Positions 24,915 to 37,959 of a stretch of 64,000 bases of DNA are shown here, in pieces (position 1 is the stretch's first letter; each line of letters starts with the position of its first letter). Made by a program: the position numbers and the translations under genes. The DNA comes from Vicugna vicugna (lineage: Eukaryota). The notes beneath the pieces were generated by a model. It saw only the letters and a list, made by a program, of their open reading frames with translations, was not told the origin of the DNA and did no database searches. The DNA is taken from assembly GCA_013265495.1 (NCBI GenBank), contig MU058781.1, positions 2,396,158 through 2,460,157 of the forward strand, written 5' to 3'.

Positions 24915-25500
24915 ACAGTTAAGTAATCAAATAAATGCTTTAAATGGTACACGCAAGGAGTTCAGAAGAAGGAGGGACCCTTAAGTCTAATAAGGGGGTA
25001 CCCTCTGAGGGATGAGGGTTTGGATAGACTGGCTGGGGAGCAGCTGATATGAGCAAAGGCTTAAAATGATACCGGGGAGGGTCAGCCTGATTTGAGGCAG
25101 CAGGGACGTGTAGGGAAGTGACAATAGTTACAACTGCAAAGAGTGATCAAAACCGGTGTAACAGACCTTGAATGTCAGCCCAAGAAGAGTTCAGATTACA
25201 TTCATGAATAGTAAGTCTCTGAGTGGCAGGTTTCTGAGCAAGTAATCAAAGCTGTGTGGTATAGCTCACAAGATAAATAAGGCAATGGATCGATGAGGAA
25301 TTAGCTCAGCATTATCTAGGAATGTTTAGGCGTTATGAAAAAGGGATGGTAGACACTGTGGCAGAATCATCAAGAAAGATTCATAAGAGTTTTGATGGGT
25401 CTTGATGATTGGAGTTCTGGGAGAAAACCAGGAAGGAGAAAAAGAAGCCAATACAATCTCAAGAGTGAGGAAAAATAGGAGGAAGCTGATAAAAGCACAA
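24915..25500 (-). mobile_element. Degraded L2
   Basis: 'gagttcagaagaaggaggga', 'ccttgaatgtcagcccaagaagagttcaga', 'ggtttctgagca'. Confidence 0.55.
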
Positions 25501-25567
25501 GGAAGGAAAACGGGTCAAATTCTAGCTAATTACTTTTAGAATGAAGATTAATTCACTAGCTCTGCTT

Positions 25568-25915
25568 GAATTAGGATAGGATAAGATATCTCTGGTTACA
25601 TATAAACCCCCATATTTCAAATAGCTTAGCACAACAAAGATTTATTTCTTGTTCATGTTACATATCCAGTGCTTACTGGAAAGGAACTCTGTTCCACAGA
25701 TTTATTCAGATGAAGAATAATGGGCATTTCACCACCTTGTGATGCCTCCATCTCAACAGGGACCCGCAAGATGGAAAAAAAGAGCATGGACAACTTCTGC
25801 CATTCAGCTGCCTTCAATTCCTTTACCAGAACCAGTCCCACAGCCTCAGCGCAATTGCAAGAGAGGATGGAAACGACAGAGAAGCCCAGGTAATATATGA
25901 TCAATATTACTATCT
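25568..25915 (-). mobile_element. MaLR LTR (MLT1I/J-like)
   Basis: 'ttaggataggataag..gcttagcacaacaaagatttatttcttgttcatgttaca'. Confidence 0.7.
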
Positions 25916-26324
25916 GTACTGTGTTATTATTATTTTCTATTCTATTTCAAAAATACATTGTTGTCTGTGAGTTTCTGTGCTGATTTTTGCCTTTAGTAAA
26001 ATGAATCTATTTCTTTCCACGCATTTCCATTAACTAACCACCAGGAAACACACATGTATTCTCAACCGGAACTCTGACAAAGGGCTTTTTTCACAATCAT
26101 TCTGAACAACAAGAGATATAGACAAAAGCAGAATGTTAAAATCTGCTAATTGTTTTTCCCTGCTGCCCACATTGGTTATATGGGTTTTGGCTGTAATGTG
26201 TATTTGTCACTTCTGTTTCCCTAGCACTCTTGGTTGTATAGTCATAAGAGTAGTTGTCACTAAAAATACCAGCATGTAGCTGGAAGGGTATGGATATGTA
26301 GTGAGATATTAAATGTAGCCTTAC

Positions 26325-26587
26325 CTATCTAGAATTTTGATAAAGACCCCAAAGACCCCAAGGGCGGAGAATAACGCAATAGTTGCCAGACATCCATGTG
26401 CTAAAATCAGGTACTGGATCACATGTGCAGGCACCCTTAGGGACTGTGAAACTTGTTCTTTTAACATTAGCCCATCAGTCACTTCCGGGCTATTTGAGGA
26501 GGCTAAGAATTCATTCTGTGGTTGAAGAGGCTGATAGTGAGGATTTCTTTGGAGAAAGTTGCCAGTGCGTTGGATGTTTCGCTCTTC
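26325..26587 (-). pseudogene. Candidate exon, 87 open codons, acceptor apparently mutated (TGG for TAG)
   Basis: Long pyrimidine tract cttcctctccttccctattgg, strong TAG|GTAAGG donor; no stop in frame EERNIQRTG...FIKILD. Confidence 0.3.
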
Positions 26588-26739
26588 CCAATAGGGAAGG
26601 AGAGGAAGCTACTTCCCTTTACCTCAAGCCAGGTAAGGGAGCCTAAAAGAGAACCACATGAAGAGCGTGGTTACGCTGGAGTTTGGCAGAGTCAGAGGCT
26701 AATGGAGATTAACTTGACTCATTCTCTGAACTATCTAAA

Positions 26740-27651
26740 ATATCTAAAAGAAAGAGGCTGTAGCTAAAGAGGGAAGCACTGGGCTGTCAGAGCAAAGAGG
26801 CCTGCCACAGGAGGAGTTTGCCTGTAGAGAGAACAGTGTGTGTGTGTGTGTGTTCCATAGACAGATGTGGGACCTACAGAAGGTCAAGCCATAGTTTCTC
26901 TAAAAAGACTGTGCCTAAGAGCATGTCTTGCCAGGGACGAGATACTCTTAGCATGAAAGAGCCTGGAGACAAATCATTAGATGCAGAAGCTGAGGTAAGG
27001 GGCTTGGTGCAAGCAACCAGTTAGAGAAGCCACCACGCAGGCTAGGAACAGTGAGTGATCCTTGGAGATAGAAGGGGCTTGGGGAAAGGAGAAGGTCTCC
27101 AATAAGTCCCAAAGAACAACTCCTAAGTCAAAGAGTCAGCTTTGGTATCTATTAAACCCAGACATCACTAACATAGGTGATTTCAGTACTAGGTAAGTAC
27201 AGCTTTCATGCCGCGGTCCCCTCCTGGCGCCAACCCTGGAGGGGCCTCAAACAGCAGAAGGAGAGAGAGAGAGGCCAAAAGAAAATGAGAAGAAACTGAC
27301 AACACCTTTACACTGCAGGTCTCTGACTAAATTAGACCTAAGCTGGGGAAGAAAGAGAAGTTTCAAACTGGTTGAGTAATCAAACCTGAACTAGGGAAGG
27401 AGGGAAAGTTTCAAATGTATTGAGAACTTGGCATTTTGCGATCACACTGGGTGGACTTCCCGCCATCTGCAAGAGGACTTGTTATTATGTGAGAGAGATG
27501 GTGGGAGCTCTCGGCCGTGCCTGTGTTTTACCCGGGAGCATGAAGACAAGCATGGGTCCACGGAACAAGGTTCGCAGAAGAGGGAGTGAGGAAAAGTAAA
27601 GTTTCATTTTACTTGCACCCTTTTTAGTCCACCTGGCTCAGTAAGCCTGTA
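26740..27651 (+). mobile_element. Ancient LTR (LTR78-like)
   Basis: 'ggaacagtgagtgatcc', 'aaagagtcagcttt', 3' end 'aaaagtaaagtttcattttacttgcaccc...cctgtaca'. Confidence 0.55.
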
Positions 27652-27799
27652 CATATGAATAGTTCTGTCACATGGGTTGGTAAATATCATTCATATTGTT
27701 AAGAAGTTCTAATCAGATAATGAATCCTGGTGAATTGTTTTTGTTGGCGGTTGGTTTGATGGGGGATTATGTGTGTGTAATCAGTAATCTGTTAATTCA

Positions 27800-28310
27800 G
27801 AACTATTTAATTGAGTTCCTAGAACGAAATACCTACAGTATCTGTAAGCTGCTGTAGGATGTATAGAAGACCCTCATCCTACTTTTTCAAGTCTTTGACA
27901 TATTAGTGAAAGAACCAAAAAGTTATCTTAAGACAATGTGATTAGTGCCGTAAGAGAAAAAGAAAGACTGTAATTTTAGAGCAGAGACTAAGGGCATCTT
28001 ACCTATCTGAAAGGATCCAGAAAGCTTCCCTAAAAGGTGATACTTAATCTGATATTGTGTTTATTTAACCATTAACCAGAAGGTTGAAAAGAGTGGAAGT
28101 TATTTTTGGAGGCAAAACAACTTAACACAAAGGCATGAAACAGGAGAACACACTTGCTCAAGGAACTGCAAGTTTACCAGTGTGATTATAGTACTGAGTA
28201 CCATTGGATGGTGGTGGGGAATGTGCCTGGAGATTATTCAGACCTGTGTGACATGTTAAGGAATTTGGAGATAACTTTTAAGACATTGAAAGTTATTAAA
28301 AGATTTTGAT
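27800..28310 (-). mobile_element. Degraded L2
   Basis: 'cagaaagcttccctaaaaggtgatacttaatctga', 'caaaggcatgaaacaggaga', 'gttaaggaatttgga'. Confidence 0.6.
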
Positions 28311-28329
28311 CTTGCTCTTATGTTTACAT

Positions 28330-29770
28330 ATATGCTTTTAAAAATAGACAGTATTATAAGATTTTTTTAAGTTTTCTATAATTTCACTATCCAGAATAGA
28401 CTACTAAATATATTATGGAGCGTTTTCTTCTATTATTTACATATTTATAAAATTTTTATCCTATTTCAATTTCAAAACCTACACTTTTTACTCAGTATTA
28501 TACTGTGATTATCTTCTATGGTCATTGAATAATTTTTGACAACGTGATGTCTAATGAGTGAGTGACCAATATTACAACAGATGAATCCACTATTTTTTAT
28601 TTAACCCCCTTTACTGTTAACAGTTGTGTTGTTTCAAATACTTTGCAGGTAACATCCAAGTATATAAAGTTTTCAGTGCCTTTTTATGCCTTTCAGATAA
28701 AATCCAATACATTGAATTGCTAGATCAAAAAGAATAAACTCTTTTGAAGCTTTTTAAAAAATGTATTTCTAAATTAATTTCCATAAAATTATTGCTAATT
28801 TATACTCTCATCCCTTATTCAGTAGCAGTGTAAAATACTCTCTGTTTCTTTATAGGTTTATCAGTGGGACAAATTATTTGCCTTTATAAATAATCTTTGC
28901 TAGATTTTCTCATAAAATACATTTTTAATAGACATTTTTATAAATGATCTTTGGTAAATAACTCTTATTTGATTTTTTAATAAAAAGTACTGGAGAAATG
29001 TTGGGGAATATAGAAAAATGCACAGAAGAAAACTTAAATAATTTAAATTCTATTTCCTATAATTAAGGCCTGGTAACATCTTGATAGATAATCTTCCAGT
29101 TCTTAAACTCTCTCTCCCTCTAAATATATTTAACAAAATTGAGATCAAACTTATTTGGACTTACTTGTATTTTGTCTTTTTCATATAAACCTGTAGAGCA
29201 GGTAGTGTACCAGGTCATTAATTAGGCTTCAAAACATGGCTTGCAAGAGCTACATCACATTTCCTTATATGAATGAGCCCTTTTAGACACCATTCCTGTA
29301 TTGGAAGTTAGGATAGTTCTAATCTTTCATCTTCACATGAGTATCCTTATACATACATCTCTGTGCATTCCTTTAATTAATTTTTAAGGCACATTGCTAA
29401 AAATGGAAATGTTGAGTTAAAGGACTAGAACATTTTTAATGATTTTTAACTCAAATGGCAAGGTTTCTTTCCAAAAAAGATGTGCCCGTGAGTAGTGAAT
29501 GAGGTCTTAGTTCACAACCGGGAGGATTATCAACATTTTAATTGTCCCTAGTTGACATATAACAATAGCTTTTTCTTTTAATTTGCCTTTCTTTGATTAT
29601 TTATAACATTAAATGTCATTTTATGTCTTTATGGGCATTTTTTTTCTTATTTTGAAGATTTGGTGCCATTCTTATGGATGTTCAAAGTCTTTCTCTGTCC
29701 CTTTAAGAATATTAACTGTTTATCTGCAGTATTTATTTATATCCTATATTTCATATTGCTGGTTTTTTGA
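28330..29770 (-). mobile_element. Ancient L1ME-type fragments
   Basis: 'tgaattgctagatcaaaaag', 'ttgttgctaatttatactctc'-like and 'tttaatttgccttttctttgatta' ORF2/3' motifs in reverse. Confidence 0.5.
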
Positions 29771-29779
29771 ATTTTATTT

Positions 29780-30520
29780 GTGTCTCCATTGGCTGTAATG
29801 CATCTTTGAGTAAGTGTATCAGGAGATTTACAGGGATACTTCCTGAGCCTTTGCATAGCTAAAATATCCTTTCTGTTGCCATCACACGTGAATGACATCT
29901 TGTCAGGATTTGGAATTCTTGAGTCACAATGTTTTTCCTCACAAATTTCTAGCTGTTGTCTTCTGATGCACAGTATGGTGGAGAAAAAGTATGAGGTTGG
30001 CCTTCATATATGTGATGGTTAATTTCATATATCAACTTGACTGGGCAATGGAACACCCAGATATTTGGTCAGACATTATTCTGGGTGTTTCTGTGAGAGT
30101 ATTTGGATGAGATTAACATTTGAATTGGTGAACTGAGTAAGCAGATTGCCCTCCTAATGTGGGTGGGCCTCGTCCAATCTGTTGAAGTTCTGAATAAAAC
30201 AAAAGGCTGATTTTCCCCTGAATAAGAGAGAATTCTTCTGCCTGAGAGCCTTAATCAGCTCTCCTGGGGAGCTGTCACCACCCTAATCATGTAAGCCACT
30301 TCCTTATAAAATGTCTTCATACAAATACACATTCCATTTGGTTCTGTTTCTGTGGAGTACACTGATTAATGCAGTATGTTACTTGGAACTTTTTTCTTCT
30401 GGTTCCATACTTATAGCATTTGTTTCCTTTATCTGTGAAATTTAAGAAATTTTATCTCTACAAACTTAGGCATGGGTCTTTTTCAGTCTTTCAGTTTGGA
30501 ATACAAATGACCCTAATAGA
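29780..30520 (-). mobile_element. Ancient HAL1/L1M segment interrupted by MLT2
   Basis: 'tacttcctgagcctttgcatagctaaaatatcctttctgttgcc..gaatgaca..gaattcttgagtcaca' continues after 30373. Confidence 0.5.
30011..30373 (+). mobile_element. MLT2B-type ERVL solo LTR
   Basis: Starts TGTGATGGTTAATTT..TCAACTTGACTGGGC; ends 'ggttctgtttctgtggagtacactgattaatgca'. Confidence 0.88.
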
Positions 30521-32855
30521 CAAGAAATGGAAGGTGCTCCCATGGAATAGCTGCTGCTGTGGCACATGGGACAAGTTGGGTCATCTGCTGGGAGGAAGAA
30601 GGAAGGTGTTAAATTCTGTGATTCAGTGCTCTTCCATTAAAATATACTTCCTGCCCTGTATCTGTCAACCCATTCATGCTGGCTACATTCCTCTTATTCT
30701 CCTAGCTTAGTGTGAACCTTCCACAGCTTTGATTCAGATGTGACCTAGGTCCAGCTCTCCAGTCTGAACCTCCAGCCCTTTGCATTTAGTAATTATTTAT
30801 TATTTGTTTTTTATATAATTGTCTCTTTACCCAGACAAGCACAGAAATTATCTCATATGCACCTTTTGCTTAATAGGCTTTTGATAATATTTGTTCTCTG
30901 ATTTAAATTGAAAAGAACAACAAATATCACACACACTGCAAAAATATGCAGTTGAGTATTTTTAAAATCTCCACCCACTTTGGACCACTGTTCATGATAA
31001 TCAAAATAAATTTCTGCTTTAGGCTTATCATCAGGCTTTGTCCTTTAAAGAGTGTATTTATACAAATATGCATATGTATTAGTTATAGACAAGAAAAACA
31101 CAAAAATAAAAATCTTATTGGAAAATGTACCTATTCTAGCATAAAATGTTTTCAAAGTCATTTTGTTAGAGATATAAGGGAGCATATAATTAGTTCATTG
31201 AGAGTAAAATTCCACAGTTGAAGATTTATGCATAGTTTCTTACAACTTCACTTACCAGTGCATAATTAGACCTACTATGTGTCAGACACTGTAGTATGTG
31301 AAATTTATCAATAGCTTTATCCATATAGATTTTTTCACTTACGACACAGAACCATGCTGCCTACATAATACATAATAAAAATCACATAGTCCTGAATTTA
31401 ATTTAGTATTCTATGAGTTACAATAAAATTGCTAATTTACATAAATGATATTATGCTTCCAGGTTACTAGATGCTTAAGTGGCTACAATCAATATAACTC
31501 AACTCATCTAAACCACATTTTGTAGTCTATCTCTTCTCATTTTGTTAGGGTTGCTTTTGTATACTCATTTCTCTTATATCATGTACGGCATAATCCATAG
31601 GTCAGTGTTTGTACACACCCATACATATCCACACTTCCTGGAAAAACCCGAGGTCCTACAGAATTCTACAGCTATCAACGTTCTGTTCACCACAATACCC
31701 TATGATCCAAAGAGGCTGATTCTTGTGTTTCCTCATATTTGCTCATCTTGTTTTCTTACCTATCCAACTGCCACCTCACTCCTGAGGGTCTTTAGGCAGC
31801 ATCTGTTTCCTACCCATGTACTTTTATTCAGTCATCATTCAGTCAGTCAGTCAGCAGGTATTTCTCACAAGCTATGCACCATAACACTGGACCTAGAGAA
31901 ATCAGTAAGGCTTAGTCTTTTCTCTCACAAACGTCATAATTTAGTATCATTCAGGGGGGCTGTTTTCTAGTGTCCAGGCTTGAGGCAATGGATGATCTGA
32001 TCCTTGAAAAATTGCCAATAGCTATAGCAATAATTCCTTTCAGTAAGAAGAGGGAACATTAATTATACTGATGGGTTTTTTATTGATGGAATCTGAGTCT
32101 TAGGAGAGAAGGAAGAAAAGAATGTAAAAGGAGGTGGCTGGTCCTGTGCTTGAGGGGAAAAGGGTGAAAAAAATCTGGTAGTGCAGGAAGACTTCCACAC
32201 AGTAAAGCAGTCTCTGAATCCTGAGGCTAGAACTGGAAAATAAACAGACGAAACATTGAGCATCACTTCCACACTCCAGTCATTCCTGTGTAGACTTTCA
32301 ATAAATCCAGCAGGACCAGACCCAAGATTATTCCTCCAAGGCAGCAAGGGCAGAGCTATATATGGAAATAAGCACCATTTCTTTGGACACCCTTGTGTCC
32401 TCATCACTCTAAAACAACCCATGGATTAACTTTAAGTCCTCCCTGTAAGTAGCAGTGGTATTTCAAGAATAACAAATAGTGCAACAACCCTGCTTGTGAA
32501 AAAAAAAATTATTTTGCATTCACCATTTTGTTATCCCAATATTGTTATGTATTAGACAAGTCTTTCATTACAGATTTGGAGCTAAAAGACTTAAAGGAAA
32601 CACAGTGTTAGGAGGCCGCTTGTACCCAAGTGGAAACTGTCAGTAGCAGAACCCTACTTGTTTTCATGGGATGTGGGAATGAGACACAACAGAAGCAAAA
32701 AGCCAAAGAACTTTGGGCTTCATGGTTCCAGAAGCCAACTCTGCCTGCATCACAGTGTAGGCCCTACACTGTCAACTGTGAGTAGCATACGAAGCTTGGC
32801 CTGAAGTATCTTAAATCTAGTTCCAGACGCTTATTGAAAATATTGTTGAAGGAAG

Positions 32856-33235
32856 TGTGTTACTCTGCTCAGCCTACAATAACAGAATCCCATAGAATAG
32901 GCCACTTAACAGAAATGCATTTCTCATAGCTCTGGAAGCTAGGAGTCCAAGTTGAAAGTTCCAGCCAGTTTGATTTCTGGTGAGGCCTCTCTTCCTGGCT
33001 TGCAGATGGCCACCTGCTTGGTGAGTCCTCACGTGACTGAGAGAAAGGAAGACAGAGAGAGAGAGAGAGGCCTTCCTCTTCTTAAAAGGCCGCTAGTTCC
33101 ATCAAATTAGGACCCCACGTGATGCCCTTCTTTAACATTAAATACCTCCTTAAAGCGCCCTCTCCAAATCGAGTGACACTGGGGGTTTGATCTTCAGCAT
33201 GTGAATTTTAAGGGAAGACTGTTCAGTCCATAGCA
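32856..33235 (-). mobile_element. MLT1A0-like MaLR LTR
   Basis: 'tctggtgaggcctctcttcctggcttgcagatggccacc' ... 'ttcagtccatagca'. Confidence 0.85.
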
Positions 33236-33421
33236 GGTTGTATAATTCCTTACCATAATTTTGTTTCTGTTACTACATTACTCTTGTTTTCTTAAAAGAG
33301 CTTCAAGTTTGCAGGAAAACTAATGCATGACTATTTAAATAGTACCTAGCAGTCAAAATAACACTAAGTATTGTTAACTCCCAGCCACACAGATAATTTT
33401 ACTGAGCAGCCACCCACTTAC

Positions 33422-33740
33422 CCGAAATCACTGAAATCCCAAACCTAAAAATAGGCCTCATTTTCTGAAGCTCATATGCAGTGTATCAATTAGATTTTAT
33501 AGATCTTTTAATTTCAAAAGTGTTCTTTGATGAAGTTTCCATTGCCATGATTGATGGATTTGAAAATGTCACACCATGGCTGTCCTTGCTCCACAGTGTC
33601 ACATATTCACTGCAGCACAACAACATCCAGAGAAGGCTGTTTTCTTACTCTCCTCCCATCAACTTTTCCCTCAATACATGGGACAAAACATAGCATACAG
33701 AGTGTTTGGTTTCCTGGGCTTCAGTGTCTGTTCAGAATCT
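33422..33740 (-). pseudogene. Candidate decayed exon of SFI1-repeat-like gene
   Basis: ttttcctag acceptor, CGG|GTAAGT donor; 3' frame HFQIHQSWQWKLHQRTLLKLKDL*NLIDTLHMSFRK*GL. Confidence 0.45.
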
Positions 33741-34582
33741 CTAGGAAAACTCATATTTAAGTTTTGTGCACATATTGCACACACTTCTGACCTCTTGTTC
33801 AGAGTCAAATGTTTTTTTGAACCACCATAAACTATGAGATGTCAGTGCTCATTAGGTGTTAAAAGAAGGTTTTGATTGTCTCACTCTGTTATCTCTTGGG
33901 TACGTTTTGTGATTGATGGCCTTGTATCCCATAATTCAGACAAGAACCTCCAAAGGTAATGTGTTTAGTGAAGAATTGTGATGTGACCTGCAGATCAAGC
34001 CAGTTGCAAGTAGCCAGTGCGCTGTTCTGTCACACAGCTGGATGTTGAAGTTCAGCTTAACGTGGGACGAAAATGCTAGGAAACCAAATGAAATAAACTC
34101 TAGTGGAGTCAAACTGTCAGGCTATCTAAATAAGGAGGGAAAAAAGTATATCAAACTTAGGTAATATACATAAGCTCGAATCCCTGCTTTAGCATGGTTG
34201 TATGACTAACAGCTATGACACAAAATTATGAAGATTTTGATGGCTTTATATTTTATAACTACATATTTATAAATCATTTTATTTTATGATATATGCATTT
34301 CACAGATAATAAAACTACATATAATTAAACATTTATATTTTATTATAAAAACTAAAATGCAATTTATGTAATAAGATTTATGCCTTATATTTAATTTTTT
34401 TAAATTATAAAATACCACAGGACATAAAACCAGTTAACATTATCCAAACATCTAATACTTAGAGACCAACCCAGTTTAGTATATGTCTTTTTTCTCTTCT
34501 TAAATGCACGATTCTGGAGGGAGGAAATGAGAAAGCAGTTCAGTCTATATGTGAATTTTACATAACACCATATACTTTCAGC

Positions 34583-34694
34583 TAGAGTGACCAACCGTCC
34601 CAGCTTGCATGGGGCTGAGAGGTTTCCTAGGGTGTGGGGCTTTCAGCCCTAAAATCAGGACCATCCTGAGCAAACTGGACAGTTGATCACCCTA
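34583..34694. mobile_element. MER81 hAT-Blackjack MITE
   Basis: Terminal inverted repeats tagagtgaccaac / gttgatcacccta; 8-bp TSD ctttcagc/cttccagc. Confidence 0.88.
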
Positions 34695-34732
34695 CTTCCA
34701 GCCTTATACCTTGTTCCCATCCTTCCTCATAC

Positions 34733-35120
34733 CTAAATCTGCATGTATTTTAGGTTGTAGCTTCTTTTGCCATCATCAGTCAACACTCTTCGTACAATTT
34801 TCCATTTGTTGAAATATCTTAACTTCAGTGTTTCCCCTTTATTGTCTTTATTTTTGAAGATGGAGAACGGTGCTTTATCCAGAATCCATTACTGCCATTT
34901 TAATAGGCTCTTAGGTGCGCTCTGTTCACCATCTTGAACCAGAAGGTGCTAGATTCTTTTGTATTTCACAGTATGGATTGTTGATGACTCTGTTCTACCA
35001 CAACTTCTCAAGAAACCTTTCTATGTACAACTTGGACTTCACTTGCCCTGAATGCATCATCAACTGCTCTGTTCAGTTGCTTTTAACAATCGAAGCAGAA
35101 CTCTTGGCTCTACTGTGGTC
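34733..35120 (-). pseudogene. Candidate decayed exon of SFI1-repeat-like gene
   Basis: tatttctatttatatttag acceptor, TAG|GTATGA donor; contains ETLKLRYFNKWK (34834-34799); several stops and frameshifts. Confidence 0.45.
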
Positions 35121-36057
35121 CTAAATATAAATAGAAATACTAAGTTAACATAGAATGTTTGGTTTTAAAAAAGTCATCCAAATGTTACTGAATAGTGACT
35201 TTTTAGAATATCACTAAAATAAACACAAAAATGTAGCAATCATAAAAAAACTCTTGAAACACCGAGAAAATATATGCACACATATATATGCAGATTCCAA
35301 AGTGATTTCTCATATATCATTTTAACCCTGCATGTTTATTCATATTTACAGAGAGCAGCACTTTAAAATATGGGAAAACTATGATAGTGAATTAGATTTT
35401 GTTTTAAATAGGCTAGAATCTTGGCAAATCCTTTTTCATATAAATTGTGTCCAGTCACAGGTCTGAAGAAAATTTTTCTAAGAAATACTCTAAACAAGAT
35501 CATATGATTAAATAAAAGGTAGAATGTTCACTTGATTTCTCATCCCTAGGATTTTAATTCTTAGGTCAATTTTTTTTCTTTTAGAACTTGGAATATTATC
35601 CACATTCTCTTCTTGAATGTTTTCAATAAATTGTGGCCTGTCAGCTTGAGCTCTAAAGGGTCTACTCCATCAACAGGTAAACTATTTTTACAGATGTTTT
35701 TATTCTAACTGAATTTCTTATTTCAAATGTGAAATGGATCAAAAGTGAGAAGATGAGTATAATGCAGTAAAATGTACAGGACCCATTTCAGAATGTCATT
35801 TAGACATACTCTGGGAATGACTTTTTTTTTCACCATGAGGCCCATTGGGGCTAGATATGTAAATAATTTAAGCAGTCTGAATCCCTGTAAATTTAAAAAG
35901 AAACTTTCTCATTTTGATAGATATAAAAAGAGAAAGTATAATCTGTTTGGAAGACAACTTTCAGTTCTTTCCATTATTTTTGCAGATACATATGTTTGAA
36001 TCAGTTTTTCATCACCCCACCCCATAATTCTTGGTTGATTCCTCAAAATAAAAGTAC

Positions 36058-36984
36058 CTGTTTTTTATCTCAAGCCTATTTCTTTTGTTGTAAATATTCT
36101 GACTTTGTTGGATTGAAAGAAAGTAAAGAAGTCTTCTGAGAAATATTTTTGCCTTTGATAAATAAGAAAAAGAGTTCAGTAAAATTCCACACACAAGAAT
36201 TAGTCCATTTTCTGAAAAAGTTTTATAATAATGTCTTCTGCAGTATGAAGCAATATGAAGATTCTCTTTAAGAAGGCTACTGCTTCATTTGTGGTAAGAA
36301 TTTTTGCTTCTTGATTAATTAAGAAATAAACCCTTCAATGTTTTGTGAGATGGAAAGTTCATAGATCTCTTTTTCAATCAAACAATTCGGAAATAATTCT
36401 AGTTCCTTAAATCATACAAGAGATACTTCCCACATCTCTTAATTTAATATCCATAAATATCTTGAATCAAGGTAGAAGATTTGTGACTAATTCATGTCCC
36501 CAGAGTGTGATCTTGGTTTCAATCATCCTATACACTCATCTCCATTTAAGTATGTGATTATAAATGAAGATAAAATATTTATCAGATACAAATGGAAGGA
36601 GAAGAAAATTCAGAAGGGCAACTATGGAGATTTGAAACAGGAGTGAAGAGGTTGCTTTGAAGATAAGTTGTGAAATAACCGTACATGTATGAAGTTTTTT
36701 TTAACTTCACTTGGGTTCCTTTGTTGTTCTTCCTCCCACAGAAGAAGAATCCTGCCCACTAGCTTTGCTTAGCTCATCAAAGCCCAAGGCAGTGACTCAA
36801 TTTGCCATTTCCTAGGGCTTGCTCTAGCCAAGACAAGGATGAAATCTGTTCAGAGTCTGAATAAAGATTTAGAAATTAACAAATACAGTTCTCAGCAGTT
36901 TTCTCCTACTGTAGACACAAGAACTCAAAAGAGTGTTAGCAGCCTATGAGTTAAATTCCAAGTTGATTGCTTGGAAATATTTTC
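36058..36984 (-). pseudogene. Candidate large decayed exon (or two) of SFI1-repeat-like gene
   Basis: ttaattctgcag acceptor, CAG|GTACTT donor; KYFQA...SRRKLLRTVF in one frame, NFFRKWTN near 36222. Confidence 0.4.
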
Positions 36985-37959
36985 CTGCAGAATTAACATT
37001 ATAATGAAATTTAAGTTTAGTATACATTAGTATATTACATTACTTAGACCCTGACCATCACATGTGACATTGTTTTATAGGAAAAGCCGCATGTTTCAAT
37101 TCTCAAGGTAGTAAGTACGTCTTTCCTATTGTCATCTTGACAATGAGGACAACTCCTCCTCTTCTGTGGTCTAGCACTGAGCCACTCAAAGGAAAATCAA
37201 GATCCTGAGGCATCATTAAAACAGATCTTCGTAACAGAGAGGAGACAAAACACTGAAAGGGTTTGGATTTAATAATCAGGTTTCAACATGTGGCATATTG
37301 TTGTCAGTTCTCAGGCTTACAAATAAGTGGTTTTCCAGGAGGCTTACTATTCTGTTCATCTCAACTTTAGAAATTTCAGTCCCTGTGACTGAAGTATAGT
37401 CACGAAATACAAAATGTTGATGTTTGTGACAGAGAAAGAAATAAAATCCCTCCTTTACATCTGCTTCATCTAATAAGGTCTGTAAACTTTAATGACCTCT
37501 GAGGACGTGACTATCAATAATTGTAGAAATTAGACATGGTAATGGAACACTTGGTTCTTCCATTTTCCGGAGGCTGTCTTAACACCACATGGGTATTGTG
37601 TCTAATTTTTCTGGCCTTTGGCCATATTATATACATAAGCCGTGCTGACCAAATGTCTCACTGTTTTAGCCAGAATAGTTTTACTTGTATATCAATATGG
37701 GGAGAAAAGTGAATTAATGCTTTTTTCTTAGCTGTTACCTGATGTTACATTTCCTGTCCTTTCTAAATCCTCCTGTGAAATATCCACAACAGTAAAATTT
37801 TAAATCCTAACATTTATAATTCTTTTCATTTAGTAATTTGCTTCTTTCCTTTGGCAACTTAATCATGAGGGGCCTGGATTTCCTCATTTGTAAAATGAAG
37901 GAGTTATAGCAAATAATATCCAAGAGTTTTTCTGAGAAAGTCCATAGTACTACTTATGT

